Positions 39,625 through 52,576 of a stretch of 64,000 nt of DNA are shown here, in pieces. Position numbers and translations under genes: made by a program. The stretch lies in the NCBI RefSeq assembly GCF_001194135.2, contig NC_068988.1, forward strand, positions 92,323,539 through 92,387,538. The letters are read 5' to 3'. The first letter of the stretch is position 1. Each line of letters starts with the position of its first letter. This DNA is from Octopus bimaculoides. Taxonomy: Eukaryota. The notes beneath the pieces were generated by a model. It saw only the letters and a program-made list of their open reading frames with translations. It ran no database searches and had not been told where the DNA came from.

Positions 39625-41250
39625 CGCGTGCGTGCGTGTGTGTGCACAAGAAGAATGTAATCCCTGTAAAATAGCTATATATATATATATTCAGTGGTTA
39701 TATATTGTATATAGTATATAATGTATATAAAGTGCTCTCTCCCTACCCTACCCCCCCTCTCTCTCTCTCTCTCTCTCTTTATATATATATTTGTTTGTTA
39801 TGTTGATGTGAGAAAAGAGAGAGAAGGGAGAGAGAGAGTGGAGGAATTTAGAGGAAGGTATCATAAGAATGTTTGCAGCTGTAGTGGGTGGGTTTAGGGT
39901 AACCTATCAACCAAGCAGGAATGTCATATGTTGGTGCTGCAGTACTATAGTCACATATGTAGTGTACACTACTGCAGTCAGACTATAGTGTCACTGATAG
40001 CACTAATGCTATACTACTGTAAGTCTTGTCTACATATAGTAGAACATTACTATAGTGATAGTGTTAAAGTTAGCTCTATAGTACTATGATACTATGATCA
40101 TATCTGTGCTTACAGCAATAGTGATGATAAAATGGTGTTGCTCTTGTATAGACATGTTGCTTTTACCAAAATTCTATAGTGCAGTGAGTTTAATAGTATA
40201 GCAGTACTATAGTTATATGTTATTACAGCAGCATATTCATAACTATTTAGTAGTTTTACTGTACAGTTATAGTTATATAGTATTCTCAATATTTTTACTT
40301 TTGTATTTCGATTGTAAGATTCTTGATGTGGAATCATGTGTTGATATAGATTTTGTTATTGGCATAATCATCCTCCCAAGATACAACAAAATATATACAG
40401 TACTAGAACTATAGTTTGTCAGTATTACAGTACTATAGTCATGACTATATAGTGATAGTAAAAAAAAAAAAAAAGATCAAAGGTTCTTCCCAAGCCATGT
40501 GTTCATAGGGAATATTTATCCCCTACTGAATGGTACACCAATCTGTCACAGGATTACTCGCTTTTGCCAGCTGAGTGGACTGAGGCAACATGTGATGAAG
40601 TGTTTTGCTCAAGTATACATTGCATTGTCCAGTCTAAGAATCAAAGCCATCGCCTTATGGCTGTGAGTGCAACACTAATCACTAAGCAATGCACCTCCAC
40701 TTATAGTGATCGTACAATACTATAAATTTTTCAATATAATAGCTTTACTGTACATTGTCATAGTCAGACTGGAGCCTGGTGCAGCCTTCCAGCTTTCCAG
40801 CCCTGGTCAAACTGTCCAACCCATGCCAGCATGGACAACGGACATTAAATGATGATGATGATGTACTATAGTCATGTTAACATTGTGGTATTATGGTAGT
40901 ATAGTGATGGTGTACTATTGCTCTACTGTAGTCATAGCAATATAGTATTATAACTGTACTGTGAATCAGAGCTATTAAGTATTATTATTGTGCTCTTATA
41001 TCCATAGTGTAACAATATAGCCTCAACACAAATACAAGCAAAGTTATATCTCTGATGCTGTGGAGTTAACTGTATCCTCATACTCTTACAAATCTCCTTC
41101 GAGCTCTTTTTTGCTCTTAACTCTTCTGTGTCTTCCTCCACACCCTTATCTTTTTCCTAATTTCTACTTTGTAACCTCTGACCCTCTTATATTGCTACTA
41201 AAGAGTTATCTACTCTTCTTTTCAATTAGCTAGCTGTCTATTACCTCAGC

Positions 41251-41625
41251 GTGGAAGCACAATGGCCCAGTGGTTAGGGCAGCGGACTCGTGGTTTCGAT
41301 TCTCAGACCGGGCATTGTGAGTGTTTATTGAGCGAAAACACCAAAAGCTCCACGAGGCTCTGGCAGGGGATGGTGGCGAACCCTGCTGTACTCTTTCACC
41401 ACAACTTTCTCTCGCTCTTACTTCCTGTTTCTGTTGTGCCTGTAATTCAAAGGGTCAGCCTTGTCACACTCTGTGTCACGCTGAATATCCCCGAGAACTA
41501 CGTTAAGGGTACACGTGTCTGTGGAGTGCTCAGCCACTTGCACGTTAATTTCACGTGCAGGCTGTTCCATTGATCGGATCAACTGGAACCCTCGACGTCG
41601 TAAGCGACGGAGTGCCAACAACTAC
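41251..41625 (+). mobile_element. young tRNA-derived SINE with 11-bp TSD
   Basis: A-box TGGCCCAGTGG and B-box GGTTTCGATTCTC; CpG-rich; 3' hairpin CGTCG-TAAG-CGACG. TSD ATTACCTCAGC at 41240-50 and 41626-36. Confidence 0.92.
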
Positions 41626-43117
41626 ATTACCTCAGCACAAGCTCACATGACATACTCAGTTCTTCTTCTCTTATTGCCCTTAACTATTGTATCTTAATCC
41701 CAAGCCTGGCATTTAACATTTTTTCTCAAATCCTTCCTCACCAGGATTCTCTGGAATTCCCACTCTTCTTAGATGTTTCCAGGAGACATTGGCTTACAAA
41801 TGTTCAAACTGAACATCCACCGTATTGATTGCTCCAGTGTGGCATAGTTCTCCCCCTTCTGACTAAGTCATTTAAAAACAAAATGTCTCAAACTTCTTAA
41901 ATTATTTCTATAAGGAAAAGCAGGTCACCTGATCAAACTTCTTGCCATGGAGTAATTTTGTTATTAGATATTGTTATGAATTGTTTGGTTCTGTTAGGGT
42001 TCGTTAGGAGTCGTTAGGGATTTTGGTTATGGAATTGCAACCATGAAGAAATGAGTTTTTAGGTGGTATTATTAAATGTTATTAAGAATTGCTATGTGTT
42101 GTTAAAGGTAAATATATATCATTAAGAGTTGTGTTGTTAATAGTTTTAAATTTTTGTTCATTATGGCGGGTTCTCAAAAGTTGTTTGGAAGGACCTACTA
42201 CATTAGTTCTGAAATTACTAAATTTCTGGCCTTTTTTTCTTCTTCCATTTTGTTAATCTTGACATTAACTATAGACACTGTCAATAGCTTTTAAAGGATC
42301 TTCTAAATAGAGTTTACTGGAAATTTGTTTAATAAAGTTGAGCTAAATGATGATTATTCTTTTGACAATGCTCAATAGCTCAAATTTAGAGATTCCTATA
42401 TGGGAAATGAGGGTATAGAAACCTACAGCATTCCTGGAGATTGAAGGCTATACTTGATCTGAACATAATTTCAGCTCTTAGCCATGACAAATCTACATCA
42501 TATAAGGTATGTATTCTTTTTTTTCCCCCACTTTCTTTCTGAGAACTTCTTATCCAAGAGAAAATTTGTTAGTGGATTGCCAAAATCATTAGTCTCCGAT
42601 AAAATATCTTGAGGCATTTAGTTGCAGTCTTTTACATTTTCAATTAAAATTCTGTAGTAGCAATATAATCTACTAAAACCCTCTCACAAATATGTGGCAT
42701 TCTTTAGTTATGGAAATCAACATTTAATTCTAACTTCAAACTATATGTCACCTTTTCTGATATCTGTTCTTTTCCCATAAATCTTCCATCGCTTGAAATT
42801 ACCCTATTTCAGTTAGCTTGGGTCCCTAGCTTGGGTCCCTAGTCTAATTTAGTAGTCATAAGAGTTTCCTGTTTTGGGGGTTAGTCAGACATTTGTGATG
42901 GGAGTTTTTTTATTAATGTTTTCTTTCCTTATTAACATTATAACAAGTTGCTGTATGCTTTTGAATACCTGTGAAATAAAAAAAACAAAAAAACCCTTAC
43001 TTGAATAACAGGTAAGGTAACAGCCATACAACCATGCCTCAAATAAGTCTCTATCCAACTTATATATTAGCATAGAAAAACAGGCACTAAGTGAATAAAT
43101 GTATTTATACATGAGAA

Positions 43118-43166
<49 letters not shown>

Positions 43167-43639
43167 AATCATCATCGTCATTATCATTTTATGCTGCCCA
43201 TGCTGGAATGGATAAGACGAATCACTATGGTCTGAATTATTTCTAATTCAGTGTTACTACCCTCCAAGATAGGTTGAAGGGCCATGTCTTGCATTGTATT
43301 TTGGGCTTGGTTTCTATGATTTACCATCAGAAATATTAAATGGATGAGATGGACAGTGAATTGGATTGACTGTGAGAAGCAGTGGTGAAGGAGGCATTGG
43401 TGTTGATATCCTTAGGGTGGCTTGGATGAATATTTTAGAATGTACTTCTGTTTATGTAAGCAAGGTGTAAATCACTGATTTGGGATTTAGGTACATACCA
43501 ATTGTCTGGCAGATCTTAAGTATCTGTCTTTTCTTCACTAAACACAATCCTCATCTGCCATTGGAGTAAGGTTTGTGTTTCACTAATAGCCTCCGTTTGA
43601 TGTCATAGTCTTCAGCTTTCTCCTTCAAAACTGTATGTT

Positions 43640-44500
43640 CTACAGTATTCCGTATTGCTAGAGTATATCAGGGAACATCAAGATGTGGGTGAGAAGTGTG
43701 TGCAGATGAATAATGATATGATTGCACTTAGTGACTCTGAAAAGGAAGAAGGATGGAAGTGCTACCATGAAAGATTATTAAATGTGGAGAATGCATGGGA
43801 AAAGGGAGTCTTCCTACTGTGAACTCAAGAGAGGGACCAGGTATCCTAGTTGTTTGCAGTAATATAGATAAGGCAGTTAAAGATATAAAGACAGAGAAAG
43901 CCCCTAGTCCATTGGGAATTACTGTTGAGATCTGGTCACCTGTATAGTTAATCAGGTCATTCAGGAAGGTGTCATCCCCAGTGAGTGGTGTAGCAGCATT
44001 ATAGTCAGATACTACAAGGATGAGAGGAATACCTTAGATAGAAATAATTATAGAGGTATCAAATTGCTGGACCGTATCATGACAGTTACAGAAGGAGCTT
44101 TAATTCGATTAATTAGGAATAGAATTAGACTTGAGGAGATGCAGTTTGGTTTTGTGCTAATGAGTAATACTGCTGCTATCTATTTAGTCAAACAACTGCC
44201 GGAGAAGTATTTAATTAAGGGTAAACCATTGTACTTGGCATTTGTTGACCTGGACAAAGCCTTCAGCAGAATCCCTTGCTCCATGATGTGGTTTTCTCTG
44301 AGGAAGCTAGGGATAGATGTGAAAGCCATATACAAGGGTGTTGTCAGTATCACTTGATAGTTAGCCATTAGTTCAGCAGTGGATTTAGAGTATAGATATG
44401 AGTACATCAGAGCTTGAACCTGCTCTGGTATGGGCATACAATGCATATGGAAGATGACTGTTGCATAAAAAAGCTCTCCCAAATTAATGGAGCTTGTAGA
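43640..44500 (+). mobile_element. RTE-clade LINE RT fragment
   Basis: NYRGIKLLDRIM, RLEEMQFGFV, YLAFVDLDKAFSRIPCSMMWFSLRKLGIDV. Confidence 0.9.
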
Positions 44501-45499
44501 AGAAGAAGAGTGATGAGAGATGGACTGTATTGATTGGTGGCAGATGGCGCTGTAGCAGACTCAACCTCCTAAAGGGTAGTGTTTATATGTTGAGGTATAT
44601 TGTACCCAGACAATCCTAAACATGCTGTCCTCTTACCTTGCATCCTTGGCCCCCATGTCTTATCTTCTTCTTTCACCCTTCGTATCACTCCTAGACTTTC
44701 CATCTGTCCTCTCCCTATCACCTGTCCTGACTATCCCCATCGCTACCCTCATCTCACTGGTCCTCTCTTTGTTCACTAAGCCTGTATATAAGAAGCAGCA
44801 TTGGATCACTCTCGATCTCCTACCCTATACACTCCAGTATCGCTCTGCTGTACTACCAGCCATCACTCTTTCTCTTCTTGCTTACCTTTATTTCCACCCA
44901 TCACTTACTCTCATTACCTACCTTTCCTCCACTTCTGCTATTGCCAATAACCCCACTCCTGATTCTATCACCAAATATCCCAGCATTTTTGACATCATAG
45001 TCTTGGTCTTTCATCCTTCCACTCTTTCTGGTCCTTTTGATGTCATTGGTCTACCTGATTAAATGTACATACTCTAGGTTATTGAATACCCTTTACTCTT
45101 GCATTTACATTCCTAACCCTCCTGTCAACTACCCATTTCTTACTTTTCTAATGTCATTGTCCTCTCTCTTTCACTATCCACACTCATTAGCTTCCTGTGT
45201 GCTCTGCATTTACTAAAGTCGCTTATACCTAATCACTGCTTGATGCTGATACTGCTGATTTTTCCTGACCAGATGGTCCAGTATTGCAACCCAGTCAATG
45301 TTGTTGACTGTGTTTCATCTAAAGCTATGGCTTTAAATCTGCTTAGAGTCACTTCACTTTGGTATTTTCCATTGATAATGGCTAAAAAGCCAGAAACACT
45401 GTATCTGAGAATCTGATAAGGGGCAGCAGTGTGCAGATATGGTGTTTTTACACTTCTTACCATAAGCGAGAATTTTTTATCATGGTAAATGTAGTAAAT

Positions 45500-47760
45500 T
45501 AAGTGTCATGTGCCTCATGTGATGACAAGGCTGGATTTTTTGATGAATTGTGGCTCATTGGCAAACCAGAATGTGGATGTTCACAGCTGTACACAAATTA
45601 CAGGGCTTACAGCTGCCATAGTGTGGTTCGACTTTGGTAATGATACTCTATTGTAGTTCATAGAAGAAGTGATTTTCGCAGATGCTGCTAAACATTGAGA
45701 TAGCATTTTCTTGTCTGGGCTCCAGGTTCTGAAAGGCATGTTGGTGCTAGTTAAATCTGCTCTTGAAGTTATCAGCTGTAATGCCAATATAATCTGTTCA
45801 AAGAGTTCATTTCAAAATTGCATCTATAAATATTTTTCTTGGGGCAGTGTCAGTTCAGAGGGCACATTTTGGTGCTGGAACAGTTGCAAGCTCTAAACAA
45901 TTCAGTTGTTAGAGCTAACATGGTGTGATCTATGTCTTTTACGTATGACAGTATTAGAGGAGGCACCAGTCTGTTCTAAGTTAGGGAGGCAGAGAATAAG
46001 AGTTTATTAAAGATTTTTATGACAATGGCATGAGGTAAGTGATGTTGTAGTAGTCATGGGAGTTGTGGCTTTCAAGTTGTTGGGTGGTTATACCAGGTGA
46101 CCTTATGGGAACAATGTAATCAGTTTCCTCAATTGCCTTATGGATTTTTTGGAGAGGAGTAGTATGTTATCCCCTCCTCAAACTCACCCTTATGCAAGGT
46201 ATCATTGTAGTTCTTTGTGTTACCTTCGAATATTCTTTCATTAGCAGACAATCATGACAAACTAAGTTATTGATGGTAGATTATAAGTGATTAGAATGTT
46301 TATAGTTGTACTGTAGTGTCCCATTTAGTCTGTGGTAGGGTGGTATAAATCATTAGCAAGATCAAGGGTGATGTTTAGGAAGCTGGAGGCTGTTGAATTG
46401 AACTGGATTGTGGTTTTAAGCCCCCAGATTTTTAATAAAAAGTATGGAGGTCCTTTCTCATTCAGTTGGTGTCCCTAAGTTTCATTATCATCATCACTGT
46501 GCAACATCCACTGGTCCATGCCTACATAGATCAGATAGAATTTATTGAGGCACATTTTCCACAGCTGGATACCTTTCCAGTTACCAGTCCCCACCTGTTT
46601 CCAATTAAGGTAATATTTCCCATGACCAGGTGGAAGATTGGGAACAAAGGACACTGCTTGCATATTGGTGATATTCATTTACAACTATCACATGATGTCA
46701 ATGCAAGGAGACAGTAACATGCATATGCACACACACACACACACACACATATGTATGAAAGGCTTCTTTCACAGTTCACATGTACAAAATCCACTCACAA
46801 AGCTTTGGTTAGCTTGTAGCTATAATAGAAATCATTTGCCCAAGATGTCATGCAGTGGGACTGAACCTGAGACTATATGGTTTGGAAGCAAACTTCTCAG
46901 ATCGCAATGTAATCCTTTCCTATCACTGGGAACAGCTCTTCAAATAAAGTTTGTTTATTGAGTCAGTTACACTCAGAGATGTGATACAGATGACTGGCAC
47001 AATTATTTAATCAAATTTTAGAGCCATTTTCTAATATGATAGATGAAACCAAAGCCCCAAGTGCCAATCTTTGTAATGTTTTTGGCAGTGTAACTGCAGG
47101 ATAGATAGTAATTTCCAATGTCAAACTGGATAATTATTGTCTTGTGTTTATCTTCAACCATTTCATCACCTTGGGTATGCTAATACCCAGGTGGAGTTAG
47201 GTATGTTGTTTGATAATGGTATAATTCTATCCAGAATATTTCTACTGATATAATTGGCATCAGACATCGTCCAGTTGATGAGATGGAGGTCTGGTTTGTA
47301 ATCTTTCACAAGAAGTTCAGTTTGCTCACAGTAAGATTCACAGGTTCAGTTTAAGTCTTTTATGCTGAAATAGGAGGTAACTTTCATGATTAAAGTCATA
47401 CAGCATCATATTTGATGCTTTTCCATACTTGGAAGTCAACTTGTTTCATAAATTAATGGCAGTAGTTATAGATTTCATGGAATAAGTTTCCAGTCTTGTT
47501 CAAGTAGATGAGTACATTTTACATGTGATGCAAATTTGCAGATTTTTTTTCTTTAGGTTCTGCTGAAATTTGTTTGTTTGCTTCCTGAAAGTAGTTCATT
47601 TTATAAGAGACAAGAGGTTTGCTTCAAAGTTGGCTTGAAGATTATTAGGTGGTGGTTTAAGTCCTGAATCTGGAGTTTGGATGGTTATAGTCATTATGTT
47701 GTTCTCAATTATTATAGAAGGTATGCTGTCTTGGTCACTTGATGAATGTGTTGGACTTTT
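45500..47760 (-). mobile_element. Penelope-like element remnant (RT + GIY-YIG), interrupted by a SINE
   Basis: Minus strand: FEANLLSLI and NKTGNL (N-terminal); VEDKHKTIIIQFDIGNYYL (RT motif A, 47158-47102); WGLKTTIQFNSTASSFLNITLDLANDLYHP and YKHSNH (thumb); YIGITADNFKSRFN*H (GIY-YIG, 45791-45744); CKPCNLC (C-terminal). Confidence 0.85.
46478..46900 (-). mobile_element. SINE family A inserted in the Penelope-like RT
   Basis: (CAT)n tail at 46480-46495, (AC)n at 46728-46750, head at ~46760-46900 (TCCACTCACAAAGCTTTGG...GGAAGCAAACTTCT). Confidence 0.8.
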
Positions 47761-47789
47761 GCATTAGAAGTTCAAGGTAGATGTTACTT

Positions 47790-47944
47790 ATGTGTGTGTG
47801 TGTGTGTGTGTGTACGTGTGTACATACATACACACATATACATTTAAATTTATATATAGATGTCTGGCTATACATATGTGTATATACAAATATGGATATA
47901 TATATATAAATGCATGTATATGTATATTTGTGCGTGTGTGTGTG

Positions 47945-47983
<39 letters not shown>

Positions 47984-48205
47984 GTATTTATATACATATG
48001 TATGTAATGAGTATTTGTGTCTATGAATATATGTATATATATATATGTATATTGTTATGTATGTATAAACATGTACATATGTATATATTGATGCACATAT
48101 ATGTATATATGTATGTATGTATGTAGTTATGCATATGTGTGTGTATGTGTATACACACACACACACACACACACACAAGCACACATGTAGATGTGTGTGT
48201 GTGTG
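47790..48205. repeat. mixed (TG)/(TA)/(AC) dinucleotide tract
   Basis: Visible directly. Other dinucleotide arrays at 8807-8858, 9518-9557, 34870-34925, 39112-39160 (GA), 39586-39645, 43120-43165, 51558-51617, 52450-52585, 56665-56712 and 62688-62732. Confidence 0.95.
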
Positions 48206-48478
48206 ATTAGTGTCAATATATTTACCTTCTGTAGACTCGATAAAATGTCTCTTTATCAATTGTGTGTTGCAGTAGAGAATTGCCATAAAATAACAAACAA
48301 GGTGTAATATCTTTATCTCATTCTTCGATCAGACTGCAGTTGCAATGCTGCCAAAAAAACATTGCACTTGACGTCATGTTAGGAAGATTTCCAGCATAAT
48401 TAGAAACTATTAGCTACAAGTTTTTACTAACTACAAATGCTACAGAATCTGGCAGCCTCTCATAACTCTCCCTCTTCC

Positions 48479-48511
<33 letters not shown>

Positions 48512-49305
48512 TTTCTCTTAGTCTCCGTCTGCCTGTCTCTGTCTCTCTCACTTGCTCTCACTCTCTCTTTCCCTCTCTCTTTCTCTCAGCAATTCAGTCA
48601 TGTTGGTTCAAAGGTAAATTGTGTTTGGACAGCAACTGAATGTTTAGACAGTTTTTTTAGTGGATGTTTCTAGGTCTGAGACAACTTTATCAATAGAATA
48701 TTATTATGTATATCGATCACATTGTTTTGTCTTTTTATCTACACTGTTTTTTCTTGATATATTTTTCACATCTTTCAACTATCATCCTGCTACACTCACA
48801 CTCACACTCATATTTGGCTTGGACTGAATTCACAAACATTTGTTTGTATTAGATTTTAATGCACTAATGCACTGTCCCATAGTCCCATGCAGTACGTATA
48901 CAAGTACATATATATGTATATCAGACTCAGAGGTAATTTGCCTTCATTTCAATCTTCGAAGCCTTATTGTGCTACATAGTAAATGCTTGGTTTACTGCTG
49001 TCTGGTTTCATGTAGTACTATACCTGCTGCTTCTTCCAATTTCTTGCTTTCCTTTATGATTCTCAAATCTGTCTTGGGAACTTCCTTCTAAAACAGTTTG
49101 TAATATCCATTGAACTACATATTTTTTTTTTTTTTTAAATTTTTTTTTAAAGTTTCAGATTAGAGCTGCGGCCATGCTGATGCATCACCGTGTAAAGGGT
49201 TAGGGTTAGGGTTAGAGTTCATATTGTATAAAATCTGAATTTATCATTTCCCTCCGATCAGATTTCCATTAATCTTCTATTGTAGTCATCCTGCTAATCC
49301 GTTTT

Positions 49306-49895
49306 TTAATCCTTATGTCATCATGTTTCTGTTGAAATACACTGCCTTGGTTTCAATTAATTTTGTAAAAATTGAAGAATCTAGTTAAATAAGTTTGTTG
49401 TTATTAATCTGGTGTTTGAAATTTAAATTAGCATGAAATTTTTATGGAAGTTTAGGAAACCATCAAAGACCCAGAAGGTGCATGGTTTGACGAGAATTAG
49501 ACTGTCTCTGTTTTATTTATTAGAAATTAATTTTTATAGTGAGGAAGCTGAAACAGTTTAAAGGGACGAAAAGACCCTATTGAGCTTTACGTTATTATGT
49601 AAATTTATTATTATTTAATTTGTTTTTTAAATTAGTATATTAGTTGTTATTGAGATTTATTTACAATTACTTTGGTTGGGGTGATCAAGGAATAAAATAT
49701 TGAATTAGTTTAACTTCCTTAAAATATAAGTTTTATAGAATAATAAACCAAATCTTTTGCTTATAAGGTAAGTTACCAGAGGGATAACAGCATAATTTTT
49801 TGTTTTTTGAGAGTTCATATTGTAAAAAGAGATTGCAACCTTGATGTTGGATTAAAATTAACCTTAATCAGGGAGGTTGATATTAAAAGGGTTAA
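49306..49895. mobile_element. TTAA MITE family 2 hosting the NUMT
   Basis: Left TTAATCCTTATGTCATC, right GAGGTTGATATTAAAAGGGTTAA. The body resembles ~19785-19985 and the reverse complement of 55375-55584. Confidence 0.7.
49482..49867 (+). pseudogene. NUMT: nuclear copy of mitochondrial 16S rRNA (rrnL) 3' half
   Basis: Conserved 16S motifs in order: ATGGTTTGACGA, GGGACGAAAAGACCCTATTGAGCTT (49563-49587), TTGGTTGGGGTGA, AAGTTACCAGAGGGATAACAGCATAAT, GAGAGTTCATAT, GATTGCAACCTTGATGTTGGATTAA. CpG-type changes (GCGAC>GCAAC, CTCGA>CTTGA) fit nuclear decay. Confidence 0.93.
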
Positions 49896-51370
49896 AGCCT
49901 TACACAACATGATGTAAATGTAGCCTTGTAATCCATCCATCCATATCTTGGCTAGGTTTTGCTCCTGCACAGCATTTACTAGTGTGGTATCTTATTTCTG
50001 TCACTGCTTCAATAAATTATGTTTATACCCTAGTAACACATTAAAACCACTGTTAATTTATATAAAAACAATTGTGAGGGAAGAGTTACTTTTTAGTTTG
50101 TATTTTCTTACTTTTTGTTTTTTGGCTCACATTTTTGCAGAAAAACATTATCAGAGTGAATTTTGGTGTTTTTAGGTGTCATGTTTCTGTTTACAAACAG
50201 CAGCTTCACTGGTGAAGACAGATTTTGACTGATGTTGCAGACATCTGATGCTGGAAGTAGCAATAGTGGTGGTGAAGCTTCTTTTGTAAATGAAGTATTA
50301 CTGGCCTGTAGCTGTTGCTTTTTGATATATTGGTATTTTAATACATTTCTCTGCAACACGGTAGTATGTCAAAGGATGTTTGGTTTATCATTGTTTCCTT
50401 TCTACTAAATTGCATGCAATTATACACAGGGTTTTTATAATCTTATAAACCATAGCTACACTCATAAGTGAGTAGGATCTAGTAGTATTGTACCATGCTC
50501 TTCATATCTGTTTTTGGTGCCTGTGTAGTTGTGAGCAAGAACAGGCAGCCTTTCTGCTCCTTCTACCTCATTGACCAGTGAAATATTGTGGAATTGATAG
50601 TTGGAGAGTGAGAAGATTGCATCCATGGCTAGTATTCACTTTCAGCTGAGTTGACTGGAGCATTTTGAAATGAAGTGTCTGGCACAAGGACACATCATGC
50701 TATCAGATCTAGGAATTGAATTCATGAGTTTAAAATCTGGAGTTTAGCTCCCAAACCACTAGGACATGAACCATCACTTACATAATTTTATATAGATAGA
50801 CCCAGATCTAGGAACTTTTGATTCAATTAGAAAGCCTTTCATGAGGTCTGTTAAGTTAATAACTGAAGATTAAACTGCCACAGAATAAAGGATGGTACCC
50901 AGGTAAGATAGACTTTATTAAATCACAGTATCAACCAGACCATCACATGCTATCATACACCACTGGTCCCAATGCACTTGTGATTCTACCTTGATTGCAC
51001 CATTCTTTTGCATCTCGACCCAAATCACTGATCTAAATCATCTTCCTTTCACCATGAAGGCCTTCCAAATGGCCTTTTCAGGTCTTTCAGATGGCACTTG
51101 CCAACTGCATATGTCCACTTGTTGTCTGTGAGCCTTGTGGCATGTTCAGTTCTGCAAGACTTGTGCATTTGAAAATCTGTAATCATGTTGGTCACTCCAC
51201 TCCATTCTTAAATTACCTTATTTCAAACATGTTGTTGTAATGATATTCCTGGCATGAATCTTTCCATGGATTTTTGTGTCGTAGCCAATCAATGTTCTAT
51301 TCTCTCTGTGGCAACCTAAGTCTCATTCGTGTATAAGAACACAGGTATGTAAATCATACTAATGTAATAA

Positions 51371-51401
<31 letters not shown>

Positions 51402-51788
51402 GGTGATGATATCATCGATATTGTAAGCCAATGATACCACCAGTGCATTATTAATATGTCCATGAAGAGTATTAATAACGATGACTAGATTTTGTCAATG
51501 AGCTATAGCTAAACTGGATATATTCAGTGGAAAACTAATCATGAAATGCATATATGCTCACACACACAAACACACGCACACACGCACGCACACACGCACG
51601 CACACACACACACACATTCATTTTGGCCACTTCTTCATTCTTGAGTTCAGCTGTTGGTTGAAACATTTCAGAATTGATCTCATGCACGAGCATCATAGGT
51701 GAATCAGGCTTGCTAGTGACCTACACTCTTTGGCATAGATGTTATAGACATACATTCATACCATAATCATCTCAATCCTCATTGTCAT

Positions 51789-52009
51789 TTAACCCTTTAG
51801 CATTTAAATCAGCCATATCCAGCCGATATAGTTTACTTGTTTGATGTTCCTACTGGATAGATCCAGCCTTTCGAATATAGCCTACAATGTCATTGAAGAA
51901 ATAAAGTCACTGAAATCCTGAAGCTCTGAGATAATGCATGATTAATTCAAAACAATGTAAATAAAGCGACCTTAAATTTGACAGAGAAATCTGAAGGCTT
52001 AAGGGTTAA
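51789..52009 (-). mobile_element. TTAA MITE family 1
   Basis: TTAA|CCCTTTAGCATTT ... CTTAAGGG|TTAA. Reverse orientation relative to the 4313 copy. Confidence 0.85.
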
Positions 52010-52238
52010 TATCTACTTTTCCATACTTACATGGGTCAGATGAAATTTGTTGAGGTAGATTTTCTACAACCAGATGCCCTTCCTGTTGTTATCATTCACT
52101 GGTTTCCAAGCAGACTTCAGAGCCAGACATGTTTTTCCTGAAAGACTGGAAATACACAACCTTGCTTGTATGATGATGATGATGCTCTTTTACAACCATC
52201 ACATGATGTTTGGAGAAGGGTACACTCAAACACACACG

Positions 52239-52269
<31 letters not shown>

Positions 52270-52440
52270 CTGTACATATAGAATGGGCTTCTTTCAGTTT
52301 TCATCCACCAAATTTACTCACAAAGCTGTGGTCAGCCCAGGGCTATAGTAGAAGACATTTGTCCAAAGTGCTGTACAGTGGAAGTGAACCTATAACACAT
52401 GGTTGGGAAGTAAGCTTCTCAACCACACAACTATGCTTGC
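52010..52440 (-). mobile_element. SINE family A
   Basis: Same tail/(AC)n/head architecture in reverse orientation. Confidence 0.78.
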
Positions 52441-52455
52441 ATCTGTACACACATG

Positions 52456-52576
<121 letters not shown>

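Noticed and set aside
50240-50295. possible extra ATG10 micro-exon (TSDAGSSNSGGEASFVNE)
   Set aside because: Weak acceptor, no homology support, and not needed for frame continuity.
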